64,000 bases of DNA from Bacteroidota bacterium (GTDB lineage: Bacteria; Bacteroidota; Ignavibacteria; UBA10030): the NCBI GenBank assembly GCA_049523215.1, contig JBEKNC010000006.1, forward strand, positions 21,105 through 85,104. The letters are read 5' to 3'. The translations under genes were made by a program, and so were the position numbers. Each line of letters starts with the position of its first letter. Positions within the stretch are counted from its first letter, which is position 1. Shown here one piece after another: positions 20,757-31,035 of the stretch. The notes below the pieces were generated by a model that worked only from the letters and a program-made list of their open reading frames with translations, was not told the origin of the DNA and did not search any database.

Positions 20757-21539
20757 ATGAAAGCGGTGATTTTATGCGGTGGTAAGGGGACACGGATCAA
20801 AGGGATATCCGAATTACTTCCTAAACCAATGGTGCCCATCGGCGGCATGCCTATTTTATGGCACATCATGAAGAACTATTCTCATCACGGGATCAAGGAA
20901 TTTATTCTGTGTTTGGGTTATAAATCATGGGAGATTAAAGAATTCTTTGTGAACTATAAGGCCATTTGCCATAATTTCACAATAAATCTTAAGAACGACC
21001 ATATGGACATTCACGATACTTTGGAAGACTCAGATTGGAAAGTGACGCTTGTCGATACCGGAGAAAACACCATGACAGGCGGACGCCTGTCGCGAGTGAA
21101 AAAATATTTAGAAGGTGAAGAGCTATTTTGTCTAACCTATGGTGACGGTCTTTCTGATATAAACATCCGGGAGAGTATAGAATTCCACAAGAAATCCGGA
21201 AAAATCGGTACATTAGCTGCCGTACATCCATCTTCGCGATTTGGTGAAATTACATTTAAAGATTCCACCGTCACAAATTTCAATGAAAAAGCAAATCTTG
21301 GACAAGGATGGATAAACGGCGGATTTATGATCTTCGACAATAAAAGACTCTGGGATTATTTGTGGTCAGATGATGATCTAGTGTTAGAGCGAGACACACT
21401 CCCTGCCCTAGTAAAAGACAATCAGCTGGGGGCATTCCAGCATGAGGGTTTCTGGCTTGGTATGGATACACCGCGAGAATATGAATCCTTAAACGAAATG
21501 TGGGCAAGCGGTACTGCTCTCTGGAAAACCTGGACTTAA
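20757..21539 (+). CDS. rfbF: Glucose-1-phosphate cytidylyltransferase
   Basis: MKAVILCGGKGTRIKGISELLPKPMVPIGGMPILWHIM... Confidence 0.9.
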   Translation: MKAVILCGGKGTRIKGISELLPKPMVPIGGMPILWHIMKNYSHHGIKEFILCLGYKSWEIKEFFVNYKAICHNFTINLKNDHMDIHDTLEDSDWKVTLVDTGENTMTGGRLSRVKKYLEGEELFCLTYGDGLSDINIRESIEFHKKSGKIGTLAAVHPSSRFGEITFKDSTVTNFNEKANLGQGWINGGFMIFDNKRLWDYLWSDDDLVLERDTLPALVKDNQLGAFQHEGFWLGMDTPREYESLNEMWASGTALWKTWT

Positions 21540-21546
21540 TAACTTT

Positions 21547-22650
21547 ATGGAACATTCATTTAAGAACTTTTATCAGAACAAACGTATTTTAGTAACAGGG
21601 CATACGGGTTTTAAGGGAGCATGGCTCAGCATCTGGCTCAACGAGCTTGGTGCAAAAGTATTTGGATATTCATTGGATCCTCCATCGCAACCGAATATCT
21701 ATGAATCGAGCGGTCTGCAAAGCCGCATTGAAGAACTCCATGCCGATGTTCAGAATTATGATACATTAAAAAAATATGTTTCAGAAGTGAAACCTGATGT
21801 CGTGTTCCATTTAGCTGCTCAGGCACTGGTACGATATTCCTATGATGTTCCCCATCTGACCATAAGAACCAATGTTCTCGGAACTTTAAATATTCTCGAA
21901 GCTGTCAAAGAATCTGATTCGGTTAAATCGCTCGTCATTGTCACAAGCGATAAATGCTATGAGAATCATGAACAGGTTTGGGGATATAAGGAGAGCGATC
22001 CTCTAGGCGGGGAAGATCCGTACAGCGCCTCAAAGGCTGCTGCAGAAATTGTTTTTCGTTCGTATCTCAAATCTTTCTTTCGACATAAGGAGAATCTCGG
22101 TGCCGTGAGCGTGCGCGCAGGAAATGTCATTGGAGGAGGAGATTGGGCAAAGGATAGGATCGTACCGGATGCCATCAGATCCTTGAGCAAAGGTGAGTTA
22201 ATTCAAATACGGAACCCCATGGCCATGCGTCCATGGCAGCATGTGTTAGAACCGCTCAGTGGTTATTTATGGCTGGCTGCACGTGCAAGCGATGATCCGA
22301 CCGGATTTTCCGGAGCCTGGAACTTTGGGCCAAACGATAATTCTGCAAAGTGTGTACGTGATCTTGTGGAAGCGATCATTGGTAAATGGAAAAGCGGCGG
22401 ATTCGAAGTTATGCAGCAAGAGGGACGAAAACTCCATGAAGCAGGCTGGTTACGATTGACCTGTGACAAGGCCCATGTCATGCTGCCCTGGTCTGCGGTG
22501 CTCACGTTCGATGAAAACATGAAACTTACTGTAGACTGGTATAAAAAGTATCACGAGAGCCCGGATCAAAACCTGTATCATTACACTGTCCACCAGATAC
22601 GCCAGTATACAGAATTGGCACGAAAGAGAGATCAAGTCTGGGCGACTTAA
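21547..22650 (+). CDS. rfbG: CDP-glucose 4,6-dehydratase
   Basis: ILVTGHTGFKGAWLSIWL, YSASKAAAE (YxxxK). Extended SDR. Confidence 0.9.
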   Translation: MEHSFKNFYQNKRILVTGHTGFKGAWLSIWLNELGAKVFGYSLDPPSQPNIYESSGLQSRIEELHADVQNYDTLKKYVSEVKPDVVFHLAAQALVRYSYDVPHLTIRTNVLGTLNILEAVKESDSVKSLVIVTSDKCYENHEQVWGYKESDPLGGEDPYSASKAAAEIVFRSYLKSFFRHKENLGAVSVRAGNVIGGGDWAKDRIVPDAIRSLSKGELIQIRNPMAMRPWQHVLEPLSGYLWLAARASDDPTGFSGAWNFGPNDNSAKCVRDLVEAIIGKWKSGGFEVMQQEGRKLHEAGWLRLTCDKAHVMLPWSAVLTFDENMKLTVDWYKKYHESPDQNLYHYTVHQIRQYTELARKRDQVWAT

Positions 22651-22692
22651 CACCAGAAATGAGGCTCTGATATTCACGTGTTTTGTATCTGA

Positions 22693-23982
22693 TTGATGTC
22701 TTTTTTAACAAGAACCTGTTATGTGAAAATGAATATGAATCACACAGAGATTTTTTGCCGTTCATGTAGTTTTAACCGGCTTGTATCAATTTTATCGTTA
22801 GGTCACATGCCATTAGCGAACGCCTTACTGACTCAAGCTCAACTCGGCCAGCCGGAATCGACCTATCCGCTGGATCTTGTATTTTGTCCGCAATGCAGCT
22901 TAGTACAGATCACCGAGACAATTTCTCCGGAACAGTTATTTCGAGAATACTTTTATTTTTCTTCTGTCTCTGACACAGTATTGGAAAATGCCAAGAACAT
23001 TGCAAACCGTTTAGTCACAAACAGAAATTTAACTTCATCAAGTTTGGTCGTTGAGATTGCCAGCAACGACGGCTATCTTTTAAAGAACTATCTGAACAAG
23101 AATATTCCCGTCTTAGGAATAGAACCAGCAGCAAATATCGCACACGTAGCAGAAAAAAGCGGTATTCGTACTCTCTGTGAATTTTTCGATGAAACAGTAG
23201 CTCAACGATTACGGACACAAGGGGAACAGGCGGATGTGGTCCATGCCAATAATGTTGTCGCACATGTCGCAAACCTTCATAGTGTTGTGGCGGGAATCAA
23301 TGTGCTTTTGAAACCCGATGGTGTCGCTGTCATTGAAAATCATTATGTAAAGGATCTTATCGATCATGTTGAGTTTGATTCCATTTACCACGAACACTTG
23401 TGCTATTACTCAGTGACATCGTTTCAAAAATTGTTCCGCCAGCACAATCTCGTTCTGGTAGACGCTGAGAGGCTGCCAATCCAGGGAGGTTCCATACGAG
23501 TCTTCTTTCAACGTGCGGACGGTCCATGCAGCATGGCGCACGAGGGTGCCATACGAGTAAAGAGATTGCTTGAAGAAGAAGCTACGTGGGGTGTTGATCG
23601 CTTTGATTGGTATAAAGGTTTTAGCGAAAAAGTAGAGCAGACAAAACGAGAATTGGTTTCGGTTTTACAAAAGTTAAAAACGGAGGGCAAGAAGATTGCC
23701 GTCTATGGGGCGTCTGCAAAGAGCACCACCTTGCTGAACTACTATGGGATCGGATCAGATATTCTCAGTTATGTGGTCGACAGGGGACCAGCGAAGCAGG
23801 GACGCTATACGCCGGGAACCCATCTTCGCATCTATCCGCCGGAACAGTTGCTGGAAACCCAGCCGGATTATGTACTCCTGCTCTCGTGGAATTTTGCAGA
23901 CGAGGTACTGCTTCAGCAAGCTGAATATCGCCGGCGCGGCGGAAAGTTTATCATACCTATCCCCCATCTAAGAATTGTGTGA
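22693..23982 (+). CDS. NDP-hexose C-methyltransferase-like (Zn-ribbon N-terminus plus SAM methyltransferase plus C-methyltransferase C-terminal domain)
   Basis: CRSC...CPQC Zn-ribbon at the N-terminus. [12 protein letters not shown] (motif I). About 420 aa, typical of TylCIII-like sugar C-methyltransferases. Confidence 0.7.
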   Translation: MMSFLTRTCYVKMNMNHTEIFCRSCSFNRLVSILSLGHMPLANALLTQAQLGQPESTYPLDLVFCPQCSLVQITETISPEQLFREYFYFSSVSDTVLENAKNIANRLVTNRNLTSSSLVVEIASNDGYLLKNYLNKNIPVLGIEPAANIAHVAEKSGIRTLCEFFDETVAQRLRTQGEQADVVHANNVVAHVANLHSVVAGINVLLKPDGVAVIENHYVKDLIDHVEFDSIYHEHLCYYSVTSFQKLFRQHNLVLVDAERLPIQGGSIRVFFQRADGPCSMAHEGAIRVKRLLEEEATWGVDRFDWYKGFSEKVEQTKRELVSVLQKLKTEGKKIAVYGASAKSTTLLNYYGIGSDILSYVVDRGPAKQGRYTPGTHLRIYPPEQLLETQPDYVLLLSWNFADEVLLQQAEYRRRGGKFIIPIPHLRIV

Positions 23983-24518
23983 TCAACATGATCTTTTCTA
24001 AAACAACCATCCCTGATGCTTTTCTTATTTCTCTGAATCGTAATGAAGATGAGCGGGGTTTTTTCGCTCGTACATTTTGCCGTTCTGATTTTACAGAACA
24101 TGGACTCAATCCCGATCTTGTACAGTGCAGCATCTCTTTTAATAAGCAGAGGGGCACTTTGCGCGGTATGCATTTCCAGAAACCGCCGTACGAAGAGACC
24201 AAAGTAGTGCGCTGCACGATGGGTGCAATGTTCGATGTTATTATTGATCTGAGACCTAACTCGCCGACATTTAAGCAATGGCTGTCGTTTGAATTAAATG
24301 CTGAGAACCGATCAATGTTGTATATCCCCCGGGGTCTTGCTCACGGATTCCTGACACTGGAAGATAACACTGAAGTGTTTTATCAGATGTCTGATCGATA
24401 CGTCCCTGAATCTGCCGCAGGCGTTCGATGGAACGACACGGCCTTCGGGATCCAATGGCCTGAGACCCCACGGATTATTTCAGTGAAGGATCAGGAGTAC
24501 ACGGATTTCATCTTATGA
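23979..24518 (+). CDS. NDP-4-keto-6-deoxyhexose 3,5-epimerase (RmlC-like cupin)
   Basis: ERGFFARTF...RGMHFQ. RmlC family pattern. About 180 aa. Confidence 0.85.
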   Translation: MINMIFSKTTIPDAFLISLNRNEDERGFFARTFCRSDFTEHGLNPDLVQCSISFNKQRGTLRGMHFQKPPYEETKVVRCTMGAMFDVIIDLRPNSPTFKQWLSFELNAENRSMLYIPRGLAHGFLTLEDNTEVFYQMSDRYVPESAAGVRWNDTAFGIQWPETPRIISVKDQEYTDFIL

Positions 24519-25435
24519 AGAAGGTTCTCGTAACCGGAGGAAGTGGATTTATCGGTCGTCACTGTTTACCAGTGCTCGTAGCAAACGGTTATGAGGTTCA
24601 CGCTGTGTCTATCGCACCAGAGGATCCTCTACCACAAATTCATTGGCATGTCGTCGACTTGCTGAATCCGGGTGAAGTGAACGAACTCATCGCAAAAGTA
24701 AAACCGACACACCTGCTTCACTTATCCTGGTATACAGTCATGGGAAAGTACTGGACGTCACTGGAGAACATCCGCTGGGTTCAGGCAAGTTTGGAATTAC
24801 TTCGAGTATTTGCGGCAAACGGTGGAAAGAGGGTTGTGATGGCAGGAACGTGTGCGGAGTACGATTGGAAATATGAATTGTATTCCGAGCAAACCACACC
24901 TCTTGTACCCGCGACACTTTATGGAGCCTGCAAACATGCACTGCATATCATGGTTGATGCTTTTTGCAAGCAAACCGGGTTAAGCTATGCCTGGGGGCGA
25001 ATTTTCTTTCTCTATGGCCCGCACGAGCATCCGGATCGACTCGTCTCTTCTGTGATTTGTTCACTCTTGAAAGGAGAACCGGCACGTTGTTCTCATGGCA
25101 ATCAGATGCGGGATTTCCTTCATGTGGAAGATGTCGCTTATGCATTTGTTATGCTTCTCGATTCCGATATGGAAGGTGCTGTGAACATTGGACGAGGAAC
25201 ACCGACAGCAATTCGTGAGGTTATTGAGATAATCGGCGACCAATTACATGGTAAGCATTTAATTCAGCTCGGAGCGCTGCCCGCGCCGCCCAATGATCCA
25301 CCTGCCTTGATTGCCGATGCACATCGCCTCAAAAGTATTGGCTGGCTCCCGAAGTACGATTTGAAAACCGGATTAGAACATACAATTGCTTGGTGGAAAA
25401 CGAACCTTATCACTGTAAAAAGATCGCAAAAATGA
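24515..25435 (+). CDS. NAD(P)-dependent NDP-sugar 4-reductase/epimerase (extended SDR)
   Basis: VLVTGGSGFIGRH. YGACK (YxxxK). Confidence 0.8.
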   Translation: MKKVLVTGGSGFIGRHCLPVLVANGYEVHAVSIAPEDPLPQIHWHVVDLLNPGEVNELIAKVKPTHLLHLSWYTVMGKYWTSLENIRWVQASLELLRVFAANGGKRVVMAGTCAEYDWKYELYSEQTTPLVPATLYGACKHALHIMVDAFCKQTGLSYAWGRIFFLYGPHEHPDRLVSSVICSLLKGEPARCSHGNQMRDFLHVEDVAYAFVMLLDSDMEGAVNIGRGTPTAIREVIEIIGDQLHGKHLIQLGALPAPPNDPPALIADAHRLKSIGWLPKYDLKTGLEHTIAWWKTNLITVKRSQK

Positions 25436-26196
25436 AACTCACCATAGATACGAATTCGAAAATATTAGCTTATGAGATTGACGGCCGCACGCAAAACATT
25501 GATTTGTACTCAAAAGAAGCATTTGAATTGATATCGAAACAATGGCTCAAGGTAGGATGGAATCAAAAATATCTGTATACCTTTAGTTGGATGGGACGAC
25601 CTATCATTCAATTACCCGAGGATATGATTCGCATCCAGGAGGTGATCTATCGCATCAAACCGGATGTGATCATTGAAACTGGAATTGCGCATGGCGGCTC
25701 CCTGATTTATTATGCCAGCCTATGTAAAGCGATGGGAAAAGGAAGAGTTATTGGAATCGATATCGAGATTCGTCCACACAACGCCCAAGCAATTCAAGCA
25801 CATGAATTATTTGGATTTCTTACTCTTGTCGAGGGAAATTCAACTGATCCTGAGATTATTGCGAGAGTGAAGAGTATGGTCAAGCCCGGAGAAACCGTTC
25901 TGGTGATTCTCGACTCCAACCATACAAAGCAGCATGTCGCTGACGAACTTGAAGCGTATTATACTCTTGTGACTCCCAATTCATATATTGTTGCAACAGA
26001 TGGCAGCATGCTCGATTTATTTGATGTACCGCGAGGAAAACCAGATTGGAAATGGAATAACCCTACGGCTGCTGCTGCCGAATTCCAGCACAACCATCCT
26101 GAGTTTATTATAGAACAACCACAGTGGCCTTTTAATGAAAGCGAGCTTTCGCTCAATATTACTCATTGGCCGGGCGCCTGGCTGAAGAAGAAATAA
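25432..26196 (+). CDS. CmcI-family (cephalosporin hydroxylase-like) sugar O-methyltransferase
   Basis: IQLPEDMIRIQEVIYRIKPDVIIETGIAHGGSL. Pattern of rhamnosyl O-methyltransferases. ATGA overlap with the upstream gene. The listed ORF start 25390 is a TTG. Confidence 0.7.
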   Translation: MKLTIDTNSKILAYEIDGRTQNIDLYSKEAFELISKQWLKVGWNQKYLYTFSWMGRPIIQLPEDMIRIQEVIYRIKPDVIIETGIAHGGSLIYYASLCKAMGKGRVIGIDIEIRPHNAQAIQAHELFGFLTLVEGNSTDPEIIARVKSMVKPGETVLVILDSNHTKQHVADELEAYYTLVTPNSYIVATDGSMLDLFDVPRGKPDWKWNNPTAAAAEFQHNHPEFIIEQPQWPFNESELSLNITHWPGAWLKKK

Positions 26197-26202
26197 CGCT
26201 TC

Positions 26203-27693
26203 ATGTCTTCAATAAAAAAAAATGTCGTTGCAAATTTTGCCGGGAGTGCTTGGACCGGCCTAATGGGGGTGATCTTTGTTCCCATTTACATCCGGTTGAT
26301 GGGTGTAGAGTCCTATGGAGTTATCGGAATTTTCGCCTCTCTTCAGGCAATGTTTGCGGTGCTTGATCTGGGCTTATCTCAAGCCCTTGCCAGAGAAATG
26401 GCACGCCTTTCCGTAGATCAGAAAAACACAAACCGCATGGCTGATACGGCACGCACATTGGAAATTATTTATTGGGGAATTGCTTTGGTCGTCATTGCCG
26501 TCATCACAGTGGCGTCTCATTTCATCGCTTATCATTGGTTGAATCCGGAAAAAATATCCCGGGAATACCTGTTGGAAGTCCTCTGGATCATGGCGCTGGT
26601 CGTGGGCTTGCGTTGGCCTGTGTCGTTGTATATGGGAGGCCTCAACGGTTTGCAGCGCCAAGTCCTTGTGAATTCGGTCCTCGCGATTTTCGCAACGCTG
26701 CAAGGAGCGGGTGCGGTAGCAGTGTTATGGCTGATACAACCAACAGTTCAGACGTTCTTCTTTTGGCAGGCACTGATGGCGCTGGCCCAAGTGATCGTGC
26801 TGCGGATTGCATTGTGGCGGAACCTTTCTTCTGAACGGAAAGGAATGTTTCGCGGAGATGTGTTGAAGGAAATCTGGCGGTTTGCAGCGGGCATGACCGG
26901 CATCTCCCTGGTATCAACGATTCTGATGCAAACGGATAAAATCTTGCTCAGCAAGCTGCTTTCTCTCTCTGACTTCGGGTACTACACCTTCGCTGCAACG
27001 GTGGCGGCAGTACTGTACAGGCTCATCGCACCTGTGTTCACAGCGTACTATCCCCGTTTGACAGAGTTGGTTTCCAAAGATGATCAGCCTGGATTAGTGA
27101 GAACATATCATCAGGGCTGCCAATTTATGGCGGTTGTTATTCTTCCGTCAGCGCTTACTCTCGCTTTCTTTTCTAAAGAAGTGCTTAGCTTGTGGGTAAG
27201 GGATCCCGGAGTTATTGCCCATGCAAGTTTATTGGTGAGTTTGTTGGTGATCGGGAATACTCTGCATGGCTTTATGCATCTACCCTATGCATTACAACTC
27301 GCACATGGATGGACAAAGCTTTCCTTTTCTACGAATCTGGTTGCCGTAATTTTTTTCGCTCCTGCAATCTATTTCTCAACGATGGCTTGGGGTACTGTGG
27401 GAGCTGCCAGCATGTGGATCGTCCTGAATATAGGATATCTCCTTATCGTTATTCAGCTCATGCATCTCCGCTTATTGAAACATGAAAAATGGTCATGGTA
27501 TCGCAATGATGTAGGTAAGCTGCTAGCGATAACTCTGGCTGTCACTGGTGTAGGGCGATTGATCATGAGGGATGGTTTGGAAGACATTCTAAAATTCGTG
27601 ATATTAATGATAGTTTTTGGAGTGGCAACGTTGAGTACAGTTATGGGAACAGCATGGTTACGTGATGCATTTAAGATTCGGCGGATTTTATGA
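26203..27693 (+). CDS. wzx: Oligosaccharide flippase (Wzx/MOP superfamily)
   Basis: About 12-14 TM. N-terminal NFAGSAWTGLMGVIFVPIYIRLMG typical of polysaccharide biosynthesis protein family. Confidence 0.8.
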   Translation: MSSIKKNVVANFAGSAWTGLMGVIFVPIYIRLMGVESYGVIGIFASLQAMFAVLDLGLSQALAREMARLSVDQKNTNRMADTARTLEIIYWGIALVVIAVITVASHFIAYHWLNPEKISREYLLEVLWIMALVVGLRWPVSLYMGGLNGLQRQVLVNSVLAIFATLQGAGAVAVLWLIQPTVQTFFFWQALMALAQVIVLRIALWRNLSSERKGMFRGDVLKEIWRFAAGMTGISLVSTILMQTDKILLSKLLSLSDFGYYTFAATVAAVLYRLIAPVFTAYYPRLTELVSKDDQPGLVRTYHQGCQFMAVVILPSALTLAFFSKEVLSLWVRDPGVIAHASLLVSLLVIGNTLHGFMHLPYALQLAHGWTKLSFSTNLVAVIFFAPAIYFSTMAWGTVGAASMWIVLNIGYLLIVIQLMHLRLLKHEKWSWYRNDVGKLLAITLAVTGVGRLIMRDGLEDILKFVILMIVFGVATLSTVMGTAWLRDAFKIRRIL

Positions 27694-27742
27694 TTGATCA
27701 TAAATTATTACGATGGAAACTATTAGACATAATTGCTAAACA

Positions 27743-28948
27743 ATGAGCGAGAGTAATAAATACACTGTCATTATTCCAACGCGAGAAAGAGCAGAGACAC
27801 TGTATCACACTCTGCGCACGGTCGTAGAGCAAGAGTACGACAATCTCAATATTATTGTAAGCGATAATTTCAGCCAGGATAACACAAAGGATGTTGTTAC
27901 ATCCTTTTCCGATTCACGTATTCGATACATCAATACTGGCAGACGTATGAGTATGTCGGAGAATTTCGAGTTTGGACTAAATCATGTCAGCGAGGGTTTT
28001 GTCATGTTTATCGGCGATGATGACGGACTGCTTCCGGGAGCAATTCGGCGTGTAAACGCCATTGTTGAGAAGACCGGCATGCGCGCAGTGACATCCGGCA
28101 TCGCACAGTATGTTTGGCCGAACCATCCCGATGAGCGTTCACGACATAAAATGTCATGGTCCATTCGGGATGATGTTGAAATTCGGCGTTCCTCCGAATG
28201 GATTAGGAACGTTCTGAGTTTTAGACCACTGTATACATTCGATCTTCCAGGACTGTATTGCGGTTTTGTCCATATCGACGTGATCAACTCCATGAAAAAA
28301 GATGGTGTGTTTTTCCGATCACAAACACCTGATGCCTATTCAGCGTTTGCCTGTGCCGTTGCACTCAACACGTATGCGTTTTCACATCGACCGTTTGCAA
28401 TTCATGGTGCCTCGGGACGCAGTAACGGCGCCTCTTATCTCGGTGGCGGGGACAAATCAGAATCAGAAAAGTTCTTTAAAGAAAACACTATTCCATTTCA
28501 CCCGATGCTTCGGGTGTGTCCATCATTTCGTGTGATTGCATCCGAGACGTTTCTGCAACTGAGAGATGCATTCCCGGAAAAGACTAGCCAATACAAATTT
28601 GATTTACCGGCACTCTTATCTGTCACCCTCAGCGAACGCAACGACCATTCTCGTATCGCAATTGAACAAGCTGTTTCGGAGATGGCCACTGTAAACAACA
28701 TTGATATGAACCGTGTTCTCCGACTCGCCCAAAAAAAATGGCCACGAGTTCAACGGTATCTCTTTGAGTTATCAAAATTACTACCGTTACGTGTAAGATA
28801 TTCCCGTGTTCCCGACTCATCCAAGATAGGTGTGTGGAATATTTATGATGCGGCAAAGGCTATGGCTGTCTTTTTTGGGCTGAACGATGGCATTGTTACT
28901 TCTCGTTATCATTTTTATGTGAAGCGGTTTTTAGGACTCTTCAAATAG
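27743..28948 (+). CDS. Glycosyltransferase family 2
   Basis: YTVIIPTRERAETL, IVSDNFSQDNT, FIGDDDGL (DxD). Confidence 0.8.
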   Translation: MSESNKYTVIIPTRERAETLYHTLRTVVEQEYDNLNIIVSDNFSQDNTKDVVTSFSDSRIRYINTGRRMSMSENFEFGLNHVSEGFVMFIGDDDGLLPGAIRRVNAIVEKTGMRAVTSGIAQYVWPNHPDERSRHKMSWSIRDDVEIRRSSEWIRNVLSFRPLYTFDLPGLYCGFVHIDVINSMKKDGVFFRSQTPDAYSAFACAVALNTYAFSHRPFAIHGASGRSNGASYLGGGDKSESEKFFKENTIPFHPMLRVCPSFRVIASETFLQLRDAFPEKTSQYKFDLPALLSVTLSERNDHSRIAIEQAVSEMATVNNIDMNRVLRLAQKKWPRVQRYLFELSKLLPLRVRYSRVPDSSKIGVWNIYDAAKAMAVFFGLNDGIVTSRYHFYVKRFLGLFK

Positions 28949-29025
28949 TCAAAGGGTCCAAGCTCTCGTGTTACCAAATAACTGAATTATCGACACCATC
29001 TGATAACCTGATCATATCATGTAGT

Positions 29026-29967
29026 ATGCAGACTAAACCATTCACTACTCCAATTCTTTTTCTCATCTTCAATCGACCTGATACCACTGAAAAAGTATTT
29101 CAACAGATTCGTAAAATTCGTCCCAAGCAGTTTTTCATTTCTGCAGATGGACCACGTCAACACAAAAGGGGTGAAGACCGGCTATGTGCCGAGACACAAA
29201 AGATTGTTGAAAAAGTAGATTGGAAATGCGAACTCCAGACAAACTTTTCGAAAAAGAACTTAGGATGTCGAATAGGTGTCAGCTCCGGCATCGACTGGTT
29301 CTTCAGTCACGTAGCCGAAGGAATTATTCTTGAAGATGATTGTCTTCCGGATATTTCATTTTTCCATTTTTGTAAAGTTCTCCTTAAATATTATAGAAAT
29401 GACGAACGAGTCATGCACATAGGTGGTGTCAACTTCCAGGATGGCATTGTTCGCGGTGCCGGTAATTACTATTTTTCAAAATTGAATCATATCTGGGGAT
29501 GGGCAACATGGAAAAGAGCTTGGGATAAATATGATGTGAACATATCGACATATCCACAATTGCTTGAGCAGAATCTGCTTTCTTCCATATGTGAGGAGCC
29601 ATCGATGAGGAAATATTGGCAGAAGAAATTTGGCCTCGTATATAAGAAAGAAGTGGATACTTGGGATTATCAATGGCAGTATGCACTGTATATTCATAAC
29701 GGATTAGCAATTCTTCCCAATCATAATCTTGTCTCAAACATAGGATTTGATGTTCATGCAACACACACCATTGACAATTTTCATACGCTTGCTAACCGCT
29801 CAACGGCGCGCATCGATACAGTGATCCATCCACCATTTATTGTTCCCGATTATTTAGCAGACGCATATACTTTCAAAAAATACTTGAATCCCAATAAATT
29901 GCTGAAATTGTGGCGGTTACTTCCCGTTAAATCTGCTTTGGCAAACATTATAAAGGAATATATCTGA
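29026..29967 (+). CDS. GT-A fold glycosyltransferase, GnT-I / HlpA-like
   Basis: ILFLIFNRPDTTEKV. EDD motif in IILEDDCLP. Confidence 0.55.
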   Translation: MQTKPFTTPILFLIFNRPDTTEKVFQQIRKIRPKQFFISADGPRQHKRGEDRLCAETQKIVEKVDWKCELQTNFSKKNLGCRIGVSSGIDWFFSHVAEGIILEDDCLPDISFFHFCKVLLKYYRNDERVMHIGGVNFQDGIVRGAGNYYFSKLNHIWGWATWKRAWDKYDVNISTYPQLLEQNLLSSICEEPSMRKYWQKKFGLVYKKEVDTWDYQWQYALYIHNGLAILPNHNLVSNIGFDVHATHTIDNFHTLANRSTARIDTVIHPPFIVPDYLADAYTFKKYLNPNKLLKLWRLLPVKSALANIIKEYI

Positions 29968-30032
29968 TTTGTCGGTAAAATTTGCGTCAATACTTCTTTA
30001 ATAAACAACATATTTCGTTTTCAAGGGGTATT

Positions 30033-30839
30033 ATGAAAAAAATCCTGCCTCCAATAGTATATGATATACTAATTCGCTTATACAGATTCTGTATTCCTTC
30101 CAACCCTCGCTGGAATACTATTCAGTCGGGCATACTGAAAGGAAATGAGATATATGTAAATCAACGGACGCCGCATTTCAAAATGATGGTGGATGGTAAT
30201 TATGATCTTTTTTTTACCGATTATCTTAATCGCTGTTCATGGTCAGGTGCTGTAGTATTGGATATAGGAGGTCATATAGGTTATTCAGCGCTTACTTTTG
30301 CCGCTTTAACTGGAGCAGAGGGTAAGGTAGTTGTTTTTGAGCCCAACCGATTTAATTTGGAAAGATTAATGATGAATGTTTCCAGGAATAAGAACTTAAG
30401 AGAGATCATTCGTATTGAACCTGTTGCATTATCAGATTTTAACGGGGAATCAGAGTTTAATCTTTCTTCCAATATTGATGATGAAACAAGCAGTGGAGGT
30501 TTTTTGGAAGGTGCTGCCAAACCTTTGGAAAATGTTATTTATTCGGAATATGGTTTCAGGAAAGAAAAAGTTAAGGTGGTCAGATTAGATGATTACATAA
30601 AGAAATTAGAAATTGCCAAAGTAGATCTTATCAAAATTGACGTGGAAGGTGCTGAGTACATGGCATTGGCTGGAGGTATTGAACTATTGAAAAGAGACAA
30701 ACCTACGCTACTTATTGAGGTGCATTCTATTATAGCTATGATGAAGACATGCGAACTTCTTCTTCCACTCGGTTATAAGATAGAGATTTTGGATAAGGAT
30801 CAGCTAAGCAGATGTTTTATCTCTGCAGTATACTCATAG
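30033..30839 (+). CDS. FkbM-family methyltransferase
   Basis: VVLDIGGHIGYSALTFAAL...VVVFEPN. RBS aagggg upstream of the ATG at 30033. Confidence 0.7.
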   Translation: MKKILPPIVYDILIRLYRFCIPSNPRWNTIQSGILKGNEIYVNQRTPHFKMMVDGNYDLFFTDYLNRCSWSGAVVLDIGGHIGYSALTFAALTGAEGKVVVFEPNRFNLERLMMNVSRNKNLREIIRIEPVALSDFNGESEFNLSSNIDDETSSGGFLEGAAKPLENVIYSEYGFRKEKVKVVRLDDYIKKLEIAKVDLIKIDVEGAEYMALAGGIELLKRDKPTLLIEVHSIIAMMKTCELLLPLGYKIEILDKDQLSRCFISAVYS

Positions 30840-30915
30840 TTTGTACAAGTTGAAGCACCATCCAATATTAGTGAAATGGCAATCGGAAGTTGTATCCAGT
30901 TGAGATATCTATTAT

Positions 30916-30978
30916 AAAAAATGATCTTGTCGAGCAAATGTTCGTAATTTCCTTAGACGCAAGATCATGCATTTTTTA
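30916..30978. terminator. Possible bidirectional terminator between convergent genes (9-bp stem, long loop, T-run)
   Basis: aaaaatgatcttg...caagatcat-gcatttttt. Confidence 0.25.
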
Positions 30979-31035
30979 CACCATGCAGTTACGTTTTATC
31001 GGCTATTTTACAGAATTCTTCACACTCCCCAAAAA

